A DNA stretch of 64,000 bases from Candidatus Methylacidiphilales bacterium (GTDB lineage: Bacteria > Verrucomicrobiota > Verrucomicrobiia > Methylacidiphilales > UBA1321), in contig JAJSLI010000108.1 in NCBI GenBank assembly GCA_021272315.1, forward strand, positions 27,322-91,321, in the 5' to 3' direction. Of this stretch, positions 36,600 through 47,286 are shown piece by piece (position 1 is the stretch's first letter; each line of letters opens with the position of its first letter). The translations under genes and the position numbers were made by a program. The notes beneath the pieces are model-generated. The model had not been told where the DNA came from. It made no database searches and was given only the letters and a program-made list of their open reading frames with translations.

Positions 36600-38327
36600 A
36601 TGGACCTCAATCCCGCCCAACGCAGCACCGAGCCAGTCAGGCGATCCTTCAGCGCGGACCTGATCGTGCTGGCGGTCATCATCGGGGGATTATTCAGCCT
36701 GATCGAGATGGGCAAAGAGTGGCATCACCCTTTCCAGAACAAGGTCGAGATCGATCTCTCGCCTTGGTACCTTCCCTACTACACCATGCTTTCGTTTTTG
36801 CGCGGCGCGGTGGCTTATGTGCTGTCGATTTTATTCACCCTATTCTACGCGCGTTGGGCTGCCTATGACCGCCAGGCAGAAAAATACCTCATTCCGCTTC
36901 TCGACATCCTGCAGAGCCTGCCGCTGTCCGCCTTTCTGACGCCGCTGGAAATCGGGCTGGTGTCCTTGTTTCCGCACACCGAATTGGGCCTCGAATTGAC
37001 CTGCGTCATCGTCATCTTCACCGGTCAGGTCTGGAACATGACCTTCAGCTTCTACTATTCGCTCAAAAGCCTGCCCGACGATTTCAACTTCGTGGGCAAG
37101 CTGGCGCGATTTACTCCATGGCAAAAATTCACCCAGATCGAAATCCCGTTTGCCACCAAGGGCCTTGTCTACAATAGCATGGTCTCGATGGCGGGTGGCT
37201 GGTTCTTCCTTTCCATCACCGAGGCCTTCACCCTTGGCGACCAGGATTACCGCGTCCCCGGCATCGGCTCCTACATGAGTGTGGCGCATGACCTGAAGGA
37301 CGGATGGGCGCAGGTCTATGCCGTCGTCGCCATGATTCTGCTCATCGTGGCCCTCGACCAGTTTGTCTGGCGCCCGCTCATCGTCTGGTCGAACAAATTC
37401 AAGCTTGAAGATACCGAATCGGAATACCATGACCGCTCGACCGTGTTGCGTTACCTTAGCCGCTCGCGCCTGGCCGGCTGGCTCCACGACCGCATGACCC
37501 GCTTCGTACGTCAGCCCGCCGTTATCCACCCCGCGGTGGCGCCCAGCACCAAGCCCCGCCGGGAATGGAGGTTTCTCTCCCGCATCCCGTGGCGCAATTT
37601 GTTCATGGTCATCGTGACGGCTGCGCTGGCCTATGGCGCCTACAACGTCATCCTGTTGCTCTGGGCTGTTACCCTGAAAGAATGGCTGCACATCGGCATC
37701 TCCCTGCTGCTCACGCTCACCCGCGTACTCACCGCCATTGCCCTGAGCACCCTTATCGCCGTGCCCATCGGGATCTGGATCGGATCGAATCCAAAATTGT
37801 CCCGTTACCTCATGCCCATCACGCAAATAGCCGCGTCCTTCCCCGCTCCGCTCGTCTTCCCAAACCTCGTCGTGCTGATCTACCTGCTCCACGGCAATCT
37901 CGAATGGGGTGCTGTGGTGCTCATGATGTTCGGCACCATCTGGTACATTCTCTTCAATGTCATCTCCGGCGCCAGCGCTGTTCCACAGGACCTGCGCGCC
38001 TGCACGCAACTCACTCACCTTTCGGGCTGGCAACGCTGGCGAACACTCTGGTTGCCGGGCATCTTTCCGGCCCTGACCACCGGCTGGATCACCGCCGCGG
38101 GCGGCGCGTGGAACGCGAGCATCGTGTCGGAATACGTCCAAAATCCAGACCAAACTTTGACCGCCCACGGGTTGGGCGCCTTGATCCAAGATGCCCAAAA
38201 CACGAATAATTACCCCGTGCTAGCCGCCTCCGTGCTCGCCATGGCGCTTTTTGTCGTCTTTTTCAACCGGACCGTCTGGAAACGGCTTTCCGCCCTCGCC
38301 CAGGAGCGCTACCAGCTAATCACTTGA
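36600..38327 (+). CDS. NitT/TauT-type ABC transporter permease (two fused TM modules)
   Basis: [51 protein letters not shown]. Start ATG 36600. Confidence 0.88.
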   Translation: MDLNPAQRSTEPVRRSFSADLIVLAVIIGGLFSLIEMGKEWHHPFQNKVEIDLSPWYLPYYTMLSFLRGAVAYVLSILFTLFYARWAAYDRQAEKYLIPLLDILQSLPLSAFLTPLEIGLVSLFPHTELGLELTCVIVIFTGQVWNMTFSFYYSLKSLPDDFNFVGKLARFTPWQKFTQIEIPFATKGLVYNSMVSMAGGWFFLSITEAFTLGDQDYRVPGIGSYMSVAHDLKDGWAQVYAVVAMILLIVALDQFVWRPLIVWSNKFKLEDTESEYHDRSTVLRYLSRSRLAGWLHDRMTRFVRQPAVIHPAVAPSTKPRREWRFLSRIPWRNLFMVIVTAALAYGAYNVILLLWAVTLKEWLHIGISLLLTLTRVLTAIALSTLIAVPIGIWIGSNPKLSRYLMPITQIAASFPAPLVFPNLVVLIYLLHGNLEWGAVVLMMFGTIWYILFNVISGASAVPQDLRACTQLTHLSGWQRWRTLWLPGIFPALTTGWITAAGGAWNASIVSEYVQNPDQTLTAHGLGALIQDAQNTNNYPVLAASVLAMALFVVFFNRTVWKRLSALAQERYQLIT

Positions 38328-38364
38328 TTCTGCTTCCCATCGCAGGAACCTTAAGGAACCGCCT

Positions 38365-39726
38365 ATGAGCACACCCACCACCCCCGAACCCCTCGTCGAA
38401 CTGATCGGCATCGAAATGCGCTTCGGCGAAGGCGAGAACCAGAAGATGAAAGTGCTCGAGGACATCAACCTCACCGTGCACGAAGGCGACGTCATGGCAC
38501 TGCTCGGGCCGTCAGGCTGCGGCAAGTCGACCATCATGCGCATTCTTTCCGGCCTGATCCACCCGACCGGCGGCATCGTCAAGAACCGCGGCCGGGTGCT
38601 AACCGGCGTGAACCCCGGCGTGGCCATGGTCTTCCAGAATTTCGCCCTCTTCCCGTGGCTGACCGTGCGCGAGAATATCCTGCTCGGTCTCGAAAACGCG
38701 GCCTACACGTCCGAAGAAAAGGAGCATCACTTCCAGAAATCGATTGAGATGGTTGGGCTCGACGGCTACGGCGACGTGCTGCCCAAGGAACTCTCCGGGG
38801 GGATGAAGCAGCGCGTCGGCATTGCCCGCGCGCTCATCATGGAACCCGAAATCCTCTGCATGGACGAGCCCTTCAGCGCGCTCGACGTCCTCACCGGTGA
38901 GACGCTCCGCAACGAAATCGGGCGCATCGCCATGGACCCGGCCGCGGGCTTCAAGTGCCTCGTCATCGTCACCCATAATATCTCCGAGGCGGTTTTTCTC
39001 GCGCGCAACATCGTGGTGCTGGCCGCCAATCCGGGCCGGGTTCAGAAAATCGTGCCAAACCCCCTTCCCTACCCGCGAGATCCGTCGAGCGCGCCGTTCC
39101 AGCAGCTCGTCGCGCAGATCCATGCCATCCTGACCAACGCCGTGCTCCACGACGAACCCTCCGTCACCGAACCCGAAATCGTCTCGCCCGAAAGTCCCGA
39201 GGAAGCCGCCTTCGTTCCAATCCCCAACGTGAACATCGGCGAGGTGATGGGCCTCGTCCAGATGCTCCACCCCGAGCCCGAAAGCCTCTTCGCGTTGGCC
39301 ACGCGGCTGAAAAAGGATTTCAGCACCTTCCTTTCCGTCATCAAGGCGGCGGAACTGATCAACCTCGTCGAGACACCGGGCCAAACCGCGCGCCTGACCC
39401 AAGCGGGCGTCGCTTTCCAAAATGCCGGCACGCACGAACGCAAGAAACTGATGCACGACCTGCTGCTGGAACTGAAAATCTTCCGCCATTTCGCCGACCG
39501 CATCGACCAGGCCGAGGACAAGAAAATCACCGAGGAGGAGGCCGTTAACGATCTTACCCAGCTCTTCCCCAACGAAAAGCCGAAGGTCCTTTTTCGCCAG
39601 ATCATCGGCTGGGCGCGCTATGCCGAACTCTTCAGCTTCGAACCGCGCACCGGCATCCTCAAACGCTACGAAAAGACCTATCTCGGCAAGCCGTCCGCCT
39701 CGCGCCTCAAGGAAGCGGAAGTTTGA
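38365..39726 (+). CDS. NitT/TauT-type ABC transporter ATP-binding protein with C-terminal extra domain
   Basis: [45 protein letters not shown]; C-terminal AAA-associated-like domain ([11 protein letters not shown]). Confidence 0.9.
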   Translation: MSTPTTPEPLVELIGIEMRFGEGENQKMKVLEDINLTVHEGDVMALLGPSGCGKSTIMRILSGLIHPTGGIVKNRGRVLTGVNPGVAMVFQNFALFPWLTVRENILLGLENAAYTSEEKEHHFQKSIEMVGLDGYGDVLPKELSGGMKQRVGIARALIMEPEILCMDEPFSALDVLTGETLRNEIGRIAMDPAAGFKCLVIVTHNISEAVFLARNIVVLAANPGRVQKIVPNPLPYPRDPSSAPFQQLVAQIHAILTNAVLHDEPSVTEPEIVSPESPEEAAFVPIPNVNIGEVMGLVQMLHPEPESLFALATRLKKDFSTFLSVIKAAELINLVETPGQTARLTQAGVAFQNAGTHERKKLMHDLLLELKIFRHFADRIDQAEDKKITEEEAVNDLTQLFPNEKPKVLFRQIIGWARYAELFSFEPRTGILKRYEKTYLGKPSASRLKEAEV

Positions 39727-39813
39727 TGTAGCAGCGGCTACCCCTCTGAGTTTTGCAGCATCGTTTTGGGCGAAGCGTATCCGCCGTCCACAGGACCTGC
39801 TGTCCGCCAGGAC

Positions 39814-41802
39814 CTACTCCCACGCCGGGGGCGCGGGCTTGATCTTCCACTCGTTGACCATCCCGCGCGGAAAACCGCTGACGAAGCGCGACGGTTCCTG
39901 CCAGCGATCATCGAGAGACGCGGTGGCCCGCGTGACCGGGTAGGTCAGATAAAGCTCATCGCGGGCACGGGTGACGGCGACATAGAAAAGACGCCGCTCC
40001 TCCTCCTCGCCGTCGAGCGTCTCGATCGAGCGCCGGGCGGGAAAAAGACCGTCGCAAAGCATGATGACGAAGACAACCTTCCACTCGAGACCCTTGGCCT
40101 GATGCACCGTGCTGAGCCGGAGGCAGGGCTGGCCGCCAAGCGGGCCATCGGTGCGAGGGCCGCCGTCAACGTTGGTCAGCAGGGCGAGTTGCGCGAGGAA
40201 CTCCTCCGTGCGCTCGAAATTCTGCGCGAAGGCCCGCAACTGGCCGAGGTCTTCCAGCCGCGACTGGAAGTTCGGGAACCTGGTTTTCATGTAGTCCTCG
40301 TAGATCGCGTCGATCACAACCTGGATTTGTTCCGAGGCGCGACCGCGCAACTCGGGCGCGGAAATCTGCCGGTGCGTCTCCACCCACTGCTTCCACGGCG
40401 CGGCGGCCTTGGTGGGCGGCTCCAGCGCCGCAAAATCGGCCCCGCCGGCGAGTTGCTGCCAGAGCTTGTCGGCGGTCCGGTCGCCCACGCCCGGCATGAG
40501 GCCGGCGATGCGCTTGAAAGCGAGTTCGTCCTTCGGATTGAGCGCGAACCTGAGGAACGCGGCGACGTCCTTGATGTGCGCCTGCTCGAAGAAGCGAAGG
40601 CCGCTGAGCAGCTCGAACGGCATTTGGCGCCGCGTCATCTCCATCTGCAATTCCATTGAGTGGAAATGGGCGCGGTAAAGCACGGCGATCTCGTTCAGTT
40701 CGATCCCCTCCTCGACGATCTCCTCTATCCGCTGGCAGATGAACTTCGCCTGCTGGTTCGCGTCCTGCAGGCAGATCAGCGCGGGCTTCGAGTATTTTTC
40801 CGCAGGCCGGACCGAGTGGAGGTTCTTCGGAAACTGGCGCGTGTTGGCCGCGATCGCGTAATTGGCCAGCGTGAGGATTTCGGGCGTGCTGCGGTAGTTC
40901 GTTTCAATGCGAACCTCCCGCGTCCCGGGAAAACGCTGCGGGAAGGTCAGCACGTTCTCGAAATTGGCCCCACGCCAGGAGTAGATGCTCTGCGCGTCGT
41001 CACCCACCACCATGACCTGGTGATGGTGGGCGGCCAGGAGGTCGATGAAATCGGACTGGATTTTATTCGTGTCCTGATACTCGTCGACGAGAATGTGCTG
41101 AAACTGCTCCTGGTAAAATTTGCGGATGTCCTCGTTCTCCTGCAGCAGCCGCAGCGCGTAGACGAGGAGATCGTCGAAGTCCATGACGTTGTCGGCCTTC
41201 TTGCGGTCGCGAAAGATGCGGTGGATCGCCTCGAGTTGGCTGATGATCGCGTTGAAGTAGGGATAATTTTCGACCACCACGGTCGCGATCGACTTCTCGG
41301 TATTGGCCGCAAGGCCGAAAATGTCGCATAGGACGGCGCCCTTGGGCAGCTCCTTGTCCTTCGGGTCGAGCCCGGCGGCGCGCAGGGCGGCCAGGGCGAG
41401 GTCGTTCGCGTCGTCGCGGTCGAGAATGGTGAAGTCGGCGCTGAAGCCAATCGCGTTGGCGTGGCGGCGCAGGAGCCGGTTGGCCACCGAGTGAAACGTG
41501 CCGCCCCAGATGCGCGATATGTCATGAGGCAGGAGACTGCCCACCCGCTCGAGCATTTCGTGCGAGGCCTTGTTCGTGAAGGTGAGCAACAGGATGTTCT
41601 CGGGTTCGACCCCGTTTTCGATCAGATAGGCAACCCGGTAGGTCAGCGTCCGCGTCTTGCCGCTGCCCGCGCCGGCGATGACCAGAATCGGGCCCGGCTT
41701 GGCCGTTACCGCGGCGTATTGTTCGTCGTTGAGGCTGCCGCGGTAATCAATCTGCGCGCCGCTTGGCGCCGGGGTTTTCTTCAGAACATACTCAAGAGAC
41801 AT
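39814..41802 (-). CDS. uvrD: UvrD/PcrA/Rep superfamily 1 DNA helicase
   Basis: AGAGSGKT, LLLTFTNKA, ILVDEYQDTN, VGDDAQSIYSWRGA, NYRST, TVHQAKGLEW, EERRLFYVAVTRA. Confidence 0.95.
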   Translation of the reverse strand: MSLEYVLKKTPAPSGAQIDYRGSLNDEQYAAVTAKPGPILVIAGAGSGKTRTLTYRVAYLIENGVEPENILLLTFTNKASHEMLERVGSLLPHDISRIWGGTFHSVANRLLRRHANAIGFSADFTILDRDDANDLALAALRAAGLDPKDKELPKGAVLCDIFGLAANTEKSIATVVVENYPYFNAIISQLEAIHRIFRDRKKADNVMDFDDLLVYALRLLQENEDIRKFYQEQFQHILVDEYQDTNKIQSDFIDLLAAHHHQVMVVGDDAQSIYSWRGANFENVLTFPQRFPGTREVRIETNYRSTPEILTLANYAIAANTRQFPKNLHSVRPAEKYSKPALICLQDANQQAKFICQRIEEIVEEGIELNEIAVLYRAHFHSMELQMEMTRRQMPFELLSGLRFFEQAHIKDVAAFLRFALNPKDELAFKRIAGLMPGVGDRTADKLWQQLAGGADFAALEPPTKAAAPWKQWVETHRQISAPELRGRASEQIQVVIDAIYEDYMKTRFPNFQSRLEDLGQLRAFAQNFERTEEFLAQLALLTNVDGGPRTDGPLGGQPCLRLSTVHQAKGLEWKVVFVIMLCDGLFPARRSIETLDGEEEERRLFYVAVTRARDELYLTYPVTRATASLDDRWQEPSRFVSGFPRGMVNEWKIKPAPPAWE

Positions 41803-41999
41803 CCGGCTACCTTCGCGTCTCCGCGCGCACGGGGCAATTATTAAAACAAGCTGAATGGCGCATCGAGAAAGCTTTTTGCCCGGTTGAATCCAATTACAAT
41901 AAATTCACCACTTATCCGTAACCACCCGGCCCGGTCCGGAGTCCTTATTTAGTGAAGGGCAATCATGCCCGAACCTAACTCCAACCCATTCATCCCCTT

Positions 42000-42704
42000 A
42001 TGAGCGAACCCACCTCCTCTCCGACGCCAGCCGATAAAACCCCCGCCGTCACCAGTTCTTCCTTGTGCTGCTTGCGGACCCTCACCTACGTCAGCCTCGC
42101 GCTGAACGTCATTATCCTTCTTCTCATTGTTGCTGCGGTCATTTGCCATCATCTTCATCGCCATCACCATCACGGCTTTGGCGGTCGCGGCGGTTATGCC
42201 GATGGCTGCTCCATGCGCGGCGGTTTCGGCGGCCAGCGCTTTCACCACTTCGGCGGCGGATTTGGTCAGGGTCAGCGCTGGGGCGGGAACGGCGGATTTG
42301 GCGGAAATAATCCCGGCAACTTTCAGCGCGGACCCGGTGGCTTCGGACCTGGCGCCATGGGCGGCGGATTTGGCATGCGCGGCATGATGGGGGGCCAAAA
42401 AAATCCTCCTGATCCCGCCAAGATGACCGACAATATCCTCAATCACCTCACCAAGACGCTTACGCTTACCGACGACCAGAAAGCCAAGATCAAACCGATC
42501 GTCGAGCAGCAGGTTGCAGAAATCCAAAAGCAGATGGAGGCCCAACGTGCGGCCATCCAAAAGCAAATTGCCGATGCCAAAGCGCAGATCAGGCCGCTCC
42601 TGACGGCCGATCAGCAAAAGCAGCTCGACGCCATGCCGGTTCCCGGTCAGAAACCGCCGGACGCAGCGGCACCGGCGGCGACTCCGCCCGCGGCAACGAA
42701 TTAA
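42000..42704 (+). CDS. Membrane-anchored Gly-rich protein with Spy/CpxP-like helical C-terminus
   Basis: One TM (YVSLALNVIILLLIVAAVI), His run, GGFG-rich stretch, then LTLTDDQKAKI..LLTADQQKQL. Confidence 0.7.
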   Translation: MSEPTSSPTPADKTPAVTSSSLCCLRTLTYVSLALNVIILLLIVAAVICHHLHRHHHHGFGGRGGYADGCSMRGGFGGQRFHHFGGGFGQGQRWGGNGGFGGNNPGNFQRGPGGFGPGAMGGGFGMRGMMGGQKNPPDPAKMTDNILNHLTKTLTLTDDQKAKIKPIVEQQVAEIQKQMEAQRAAIQKQIADAKAQIRPLLTADQQKQLDAMPVPGQKPPDAAAPAATPPAATN

Positions 42705-42719
42705 GCCCAAGTCTTGCCC

Positions 42720-42750
42720 AAAGCCGTCGCGCCCACAGCGCGGCGGCTTT
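42720..42750. terminator. Bidirectional intrinsic terminator between convergent genes
   Basis: AAAGCCGTCGCGC-CCACA-GCGCGGCGGCTTT, a 13-bp stem with one G-T pair and A/T tails on both sides. Confidence 0.8.
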
Positions 42751-42755
42751 CTTCG

Positions 42756-45287
42756 TTACGTCGCCGCCAGCGTCCCGGTCGTCACGCCGAGCTGGCTCCA
42801 TAAATTCAACTCGCGAATGAGCGCCGGACCCAACGTATCGCCGGCCAAAAGCCGCTGGTAACCGCGCACGATCCGCTCCGATTCCGCCGCATCCTCCAAC
42901 AGCAGCTCAACGCGAAACGCCGCCGGGTTCTCCGCGCGAAACACCTCAAAAAACGCCGCCCCCGACTGCGCCTGCGCGTGGAAAAGCGTGTTGCGGCAGC
43001 CGACGTCCGCCTTGAGCGGATGCGCCAGCCCCACCCGGTCGCGCAATTCGACCCGGTGCGTGTCGCAGGGCCGGCCGCAATTGGTCGCGTCGGTGCCGTT
43101 GGAAAGGAACGCGGCGAAGACGCAATGCTCCATGTGGAACATCGGAATGTGCTGGTGCAACGTGATCTCGAACCAGCCGGGCGGCGCGGTCCGGAGCAGA
43201 TCGAGCACCTGGCCCGCGTTGAGATCGTAGGAAACGGTCAACCGCTCGAGCTTTTCGGCCATCAGCCGTTCGGCGGCGAGCGGATTGGCCACGTTGAGCG
43301 AGAAATCGCCCACGCGCCGCAGCGGCCCCGCCCGGAAATAATCGAGCGCGCCCAGGTTGCGGATAAGTACGCCGTCGGGCTGCGCGTTTTCGATCAGCCG
43401 GAAGAAACCCTGCTCGCCCGCCTTCTGGATGCGGGGCGTCGCCAGCAGGATTTGCGCGGGGGCATCGTGACCGCGCACCCGTTGGACCGCCTCGCGATAG
43501 CGGCGGATGTCCTCGAAATCGGCATAAATTTCACCAACCCCGGCCCGCAAGGCGGTTTCGATCTGTTCAAGATTGCGGCACAGCACGGTGAGAAGCGGCT
43601 TCCCCACTTTCGTCGCGGCGGCGCGTTGGGCGGCCAGCGCGTCGAGACGGGAACTGACGACACGATGGTCCGGGTCCGCGGCAGGTTGAACCAGTCCTTC
43701 AGCAAGCCCGGGATGAGAGAGTGAAGCACCGAGGCTTTCCACCATTTTCCGCGCCAACTCCCGCCGCAGCCGGTTCAACTCGCTGACGGGAATGATCACC
43801 CCGCCTTCGAGACGATTATCGAGCACGCCAAGATCAAGGCCCGTTTCGCCCAGCCGCCCCAATTGTTCGCGCAGCATCTCCGACGTCAGCGGACGCTTTC
43901 GCGCCGTCTGCAAAGGCATGGCCGACTCAACCGAAACGGAGACGCCACCGGACCGGCCCTCGATCCGCAGCGGCCCGCTCGCACGGCCCGAGACAGTCAT
44001 GTCGAGCAAGCGCTTCGGTTTGGGAATTTCGCCCGACCAGCTTTTGCGCAACTCGCGGTTGAGTTGGGGATCATCGGTCTTCCAAATCCGGTCGCCCGGC
44101 TTCACCGCGCCGAAATCGATCTTCCCGTGCTCAAAGGCAAGCCGCACCACGCCGTTCCGCTGCGACTCGGCCTGGTAAACGCGGCCGCCCTGCTCGTGCT
44201 CGGTATCGCCGCCCTGGTCGATGACCACGCCGTCGCCGGGCCGCACCGGCCCTTCCGCCTTTACTTCGAGATAATGGCGTCCCACCGCCGTGACCGCCCC
44301 GATGAACGCGCCTCGTTTTTTGCCGAACCGCGCATGGACCAGCCGCTGGTGATTGACCCCGTGCATCCATCCCGAATAGAGCCCGCGCGAGAACGCCATT
44401 TCGAGTTTATAGCGGTCGGCGGGCGGAACCGGCACGGGCCGTTGCGTCTCCCACGCCAAGTCGATCGCGCGGCGGTAGACCTGCGTAACCGCCGCCACAT
44501 ACTCGGGCGTCTTCAAGCGCCCCTCGATCTTGAAGGAAACGATCCCGAGCCGCACCAATTCGGGAATCTCCTCCACCGCCGCCAAGTCCTGCGGCGAAAG
44601 AAGGTAGCGCCGGTCGCCGAGGTCGCGCTTCTCGCCGTCGACCACCAACTCGTAGGGGAGACGGCACGCCTGGGCGCACTCGCCGCGGTTGGCGCTGCGC
44701 CGGCCCAGCGCCTCGCTCGTGAGGCATTGGCCCGAATAGGCGACGCAGAGTGCGCCATGCACGAAAACCTCCAACGGCATCCCCTCCGCCCCGGAGCGGA
44801 ACTTGGCCAGCTCGCGCAAGGAGAGTTCCCGCGCCAGAATCGCCCGCGTGATGCCGAGCCGCCGCGCAAAGGCGATCCCTTCCGGCGAAGTCAGCGTCAT
44901 CTGCGTCGAGGCGTGGACATGAAAGCCGGGTACGAGTTCCCGCGCCAGCGCCGCCAGCCCAACATCCTGCACAATCGCCGCATCGACCCCCGCGCGGGCG
45001 AGAAGGAGGAGTTGTTCCTCCGCAGCCGGCAGTTCGTCGGTAAATATCAGCGTGTTGAAGGCAGCGTAGCCCTTTACGCCGTGTTCGTGCAGAAACGTCA
45101 TCAGTTTCGGGAGATCGTCCGCGGTAAAGTTCGTTGCCCGTATCCGCGCGTTGAACGCCGGAAGCCCGAAATAGACCGCATCGGCTCCGTTGGCCACCGC
45201 CGCGCGAACGCATTCCCAGTCACCTGCCGGGGCGAGAAGTTCTGGCTTGGCGCGGGCCGGGGTTTCAAGGGAGGATAAGGAGGACAT
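42756..45287 (-). CDS. Long U32 family protein (RlhA-like Fe-S hydroxylase with DUF3656-like region)
   Basis: PELLAPAG, GADAVYFG, HASTQM, FVHGALCVAYSGQC..NRGECAQACR, FKIEGR. Confidence 0.9.
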   Translation of the reverse strand: MSSLSSLETPARAKPELLAPAGDWECVRAAVANGADAVYFGLPAFNARIRATNFTADDLPKLMTFLHEHGVKGYAAFNTLIFTDELPAAEEQLLLLARAGVDAAIVQDVGLAALARELVPGFHVHASTQMTLTSPEGIAFARRLGITRAILARELSLRELAKFRSGAEGMPLEVFVHGALCVAYSGQCLTSEALGRRSANRGECAQACRLPYELVVDGEKRDLGDRRYLLSPQDLAAVEEIPELVRLGIVSFKIEGRLKTPEYVAAVTQVYRRAIDLAWETQRPVPVPPADRYKLEMAFSRGLYSGWMHGVNHQRLVHARFGKKRGAFIGAVTAVGRHYLEVKAEGPVRPGDGVVIDQGGDTEHEQGGRVYQAESQRNGVVRLAFEHGKIDFGAVKPGDRIWKTDDPQLNRELRKSWSGEIPKPKRLLDMTVSGRASGPLRIEGRSGGVSVSVESAMPLQTARKRPLTSEMLREQLGRLGETGLDLGVLDNRLEGGVIIPVSELNRLRRELARKMVESLGASLSHPGLAEGLVQPAADPDHRVVSSRLDALAAQRAAATKVGKPLLTVLCRNLEQIETALRAGVGEIYADFEDIRRYREAVQRVRGHDAPAQILLATPRIQKAGEQGFFRLIENAQPDGVLIRNLGALDYFRAGPLRRVGDFSLNVANPLAAERLMAEKLERLTVSYDLNAGQVLDLLRTAPPGWFEITLHQHIPMFHMEHCVFAAFLSNGTDATNCGRPCDTHRVELRDRVGLAHPLKADVGCRNTLFHAQAQSGAAFFEVFRAENPAAFRVELLLEDAAESERIVRGYQRLLAGDTLGPALIRELNLWSQLGVTTGTLAAT

Positions 45288-45458
45288 AGCCAGCCTTTTA
45301 AGCTACCCGAACATCGCTCCCAGATAAATGAAATCATGATGCTTCATTGGCACAGCAGCGGCTTTGTCCTGCTTGAACTCCTCTCGGAATCGGAAAAGAG
45401 AGCCATCACCTTATTTGCCTCCGTTGAAGCTTAAGAAGAACACCTCAATGAATTTGCG

Positions 45459-46880
45459 ATGCCAGTCGCGCCATGTATAGTTCCGCGCATGTTAGCGACC
45501 GAAACCACCCCATTCGCCGCCGCCAGACCGATCAACAAGGTCAACCCCCATATTGTTATTCTCGGCGGGGGTTTTGGCGGCCTCAATTTCGCAAAATCGT
45601 TGCGAGGCACAAACGCGCGCGTTACGCTGATCGACCGGCAGAACCATCACCTTTTCCAGCCGCTCCTTTACCAGGTGGCGACCGCGACGCTCTCGTCGGT
45701 TGAAATCGCCAAGCCCCTCCGCTCGATCCTCAGCAATTACGACAACATCATCTGCGAACTCGCCGAGGCGCAGGCCATCGACCTCGACGCGCGCACGGTC
45801 AGCCTGCCCGACCGCGTCATCGAATACGACTATCTCATCATCTCGCTGGGCGGCGTCACCAGCTACTTCGGCCATCCCGAATGGGCCGAGTATGCGCCGG
45901 GTCTCAAGTCACTCAACGATGCGCTCCGTATCCGCCGGGAGATTCTCTTCGCCTTCGAGAAGGCCGAGGTGAGCAACGATCCCGAGGAGATCAAAAGGTT
46001 GATGACCGTGGTCATCGTCGGTGGCGGACCGACCGGCGTGGAGCTCGCCGGCGCGACAAAGGAACTGGGCCGTTACGTCATGCGCCACGATTTCCGCCGG
46101 ATCGACCCGACCAAAGTGCGGGTCATCCTCGTCGAGGCAGCCGACCGCTGCCTACTCCATCTGCCCCGCGACCTTTCCCGCAGCGCCCAAAGACAACTTG
46201 AATCCATCGGTGTCGAAATCCGGGTCAACACCATGGTCAAGGACATCAAACATGGCAGGGTCGTCGTCTCCTCGAAGGAAAAACCCGACGAAACCGAGAC
46301 CATTAACGCCGCGGCCATCGTCTGGTCGGCGGGCGTGGCCGCCAACCCGATCACGCGCACCATGGACGTCGAGATCGATCGCGCCGGTCGAATCAAGGTC
46401 AATCCCGACCTGAGCATCCCCGGCCATCCCGAGGCCTTCGCCATCGGCGACATCGCTCTCATCCTCAAGCAGGATGGCCTGCCCGTTCCCGGCGTCTCGC
46501 CCGCGGCGATCCAGATGGGCCAGTACGTGGCCAAGGTCATCAAGACCGAACTCAGCGACGTCAATTTACGTCCCGACCAGCGCGACCCCTTCGTTTATTG
46601 GGACAAGGGCACCATGGCCACCATCGGCCACTCGCACGCCGTGGCCATGATCGGCCCGTTCAAGTTCAGCGGCTTACCGGCCTGGGTGATGTGGCTCGGC
46701 GTCCACATCCTCTACCTTGTTGGCTTCACCAACAAGGTCATGGTCGTCTTCCGATGGGGCTGGGCCTTTTTGACCCGCCGGCAGAGCGCCCGAGTGATTA
46801 CCGCCAATGATGGCCGCGGCGTCACGCCGATCACAACCCTGCCGTCGACCACCGTGGTCTCGCCGCCAAGACAGAGATAA
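45459..46880 (+). CDS. ndh: Type II NADH:quinone oxidoreductase
   Basis: ILGGGFGGL, NHHLFQPLLYQVAT, IVGGGPTGVELAG, AIGD, AAIQMG, DKGTMATIG. Start probably 45489. Confidence 0.92.
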   Translation: MPVAPCIVPRMLATETTPFAAARPINKVNPHIVILGGGFGGLNFAKSLRGTNARVTLIDRQNHHLFQPLLYQVATATLSSVEIAKPLRSILSNYDNIICELAEAQAIDLDARTVSLPDRVIEYDYLIISLGGVTSYFGHPEWAEYAPGLKSLNDALRIRREILFAFEKAEVSNDPEEIKRLMTVVIVGGGPTGVELAGATKELGRYVMRHDFRRIDPTKVRVILVEAADRCLLHLPRDLSRSAQRQLESIGVEIRVNTMVKDIKHGRVVVSSKEKPDETETINAAAIVWSAGVAANPITRTMDVEIDRAGRIKVNPDLSIPGHPEAFAIGDIALILKQDGLPVPGVSPAAIQMGQYVAKVIKTELSDVNLRPDQRDPFVYWDKGTMATIGHSHAVAMIGPFKFSGLPAWVMWLGVHILYLVGFTNKVMVVFRWGWAFLTRRQSARVITANDGRGVTPITTLPSTTVVSPPRQR

Positions 46881-46883
46881 GGG

Positions 46884-46906
46884 CGTGCACGGCACTTGCC
46901 GTCCGC
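46884..46906. repeat. Single dispersed relative of the 15473-15609 VNTR unit
   Basis: CGTGCACGGCACTTGCCGTCCGC matches 15588-15609 (CATGCGCGGCAC-TGCCGTCCGC) at 20 of 23 aligned positions; contains a CGGCA/TGCCG inverted repeat. Confidence 0.6.
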
Positions 46907-46930
46907 AAAGTCCCGGAGCAATTTACGGGC

Positions 46931-47248
46931 ATGCCCGCGTCGTTCGTCAGCGAACCGATCACCCCGCTCGAAGCCAGCTTTGATCCCGCCGGCATGGCGC
47001 GGGGCGAACCGGGCCTGCCGCGTCAATTCCGCTGGCGGAAAAAGGACTATGTCGTGGCCGAGGTCCTCGAACAGGGGAGGGAGCACGGTGATTGCCGACA
47101 CGGCAGCGGCGAGCGTTACGTCCGCCGGCACGTTTACCGAGTCCGCACCACCGACGGCACCCTGTTCCGGCTCTATTTCCAGCGCAGCTTCGGGCGCGGC
47201 AAATTCCAGGCCCGGCACCGCTGGTGGGTGCAAAGCGTCGAAATTTGA
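46931..47248 (+). CDS. Small conserved hypothetical protein (DUF6504-like)
   Basis: FVSEPI..D...MARGEPGLP..F.WR..ERYVRRH.YRVRT pattern. Confidence 0.7.
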   Translation: MPASFVSEPITPLEASFDPAGMARGEPGLPRQFRWRKKDYVVAEVLEQGREHGDCRHGSGERYVRRHVYRVRTTDGTLFRLYFQRSFGRGKFQARHRWWVQSVEI

Positions 47249-47286
47249 ACTCTTTACTGGGCGGGTTTTCCCATTATAAGACGTTT

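Noticed and set aside
39727-39741. TGTAGC-AGCG-GCTAC hairpin right after the ABC ATPase stop, as another REP copy
   Set aside because: Shares only the first about 11 nt with the mutL REP and lacks the GGTCTATGACC core; too short to assign.
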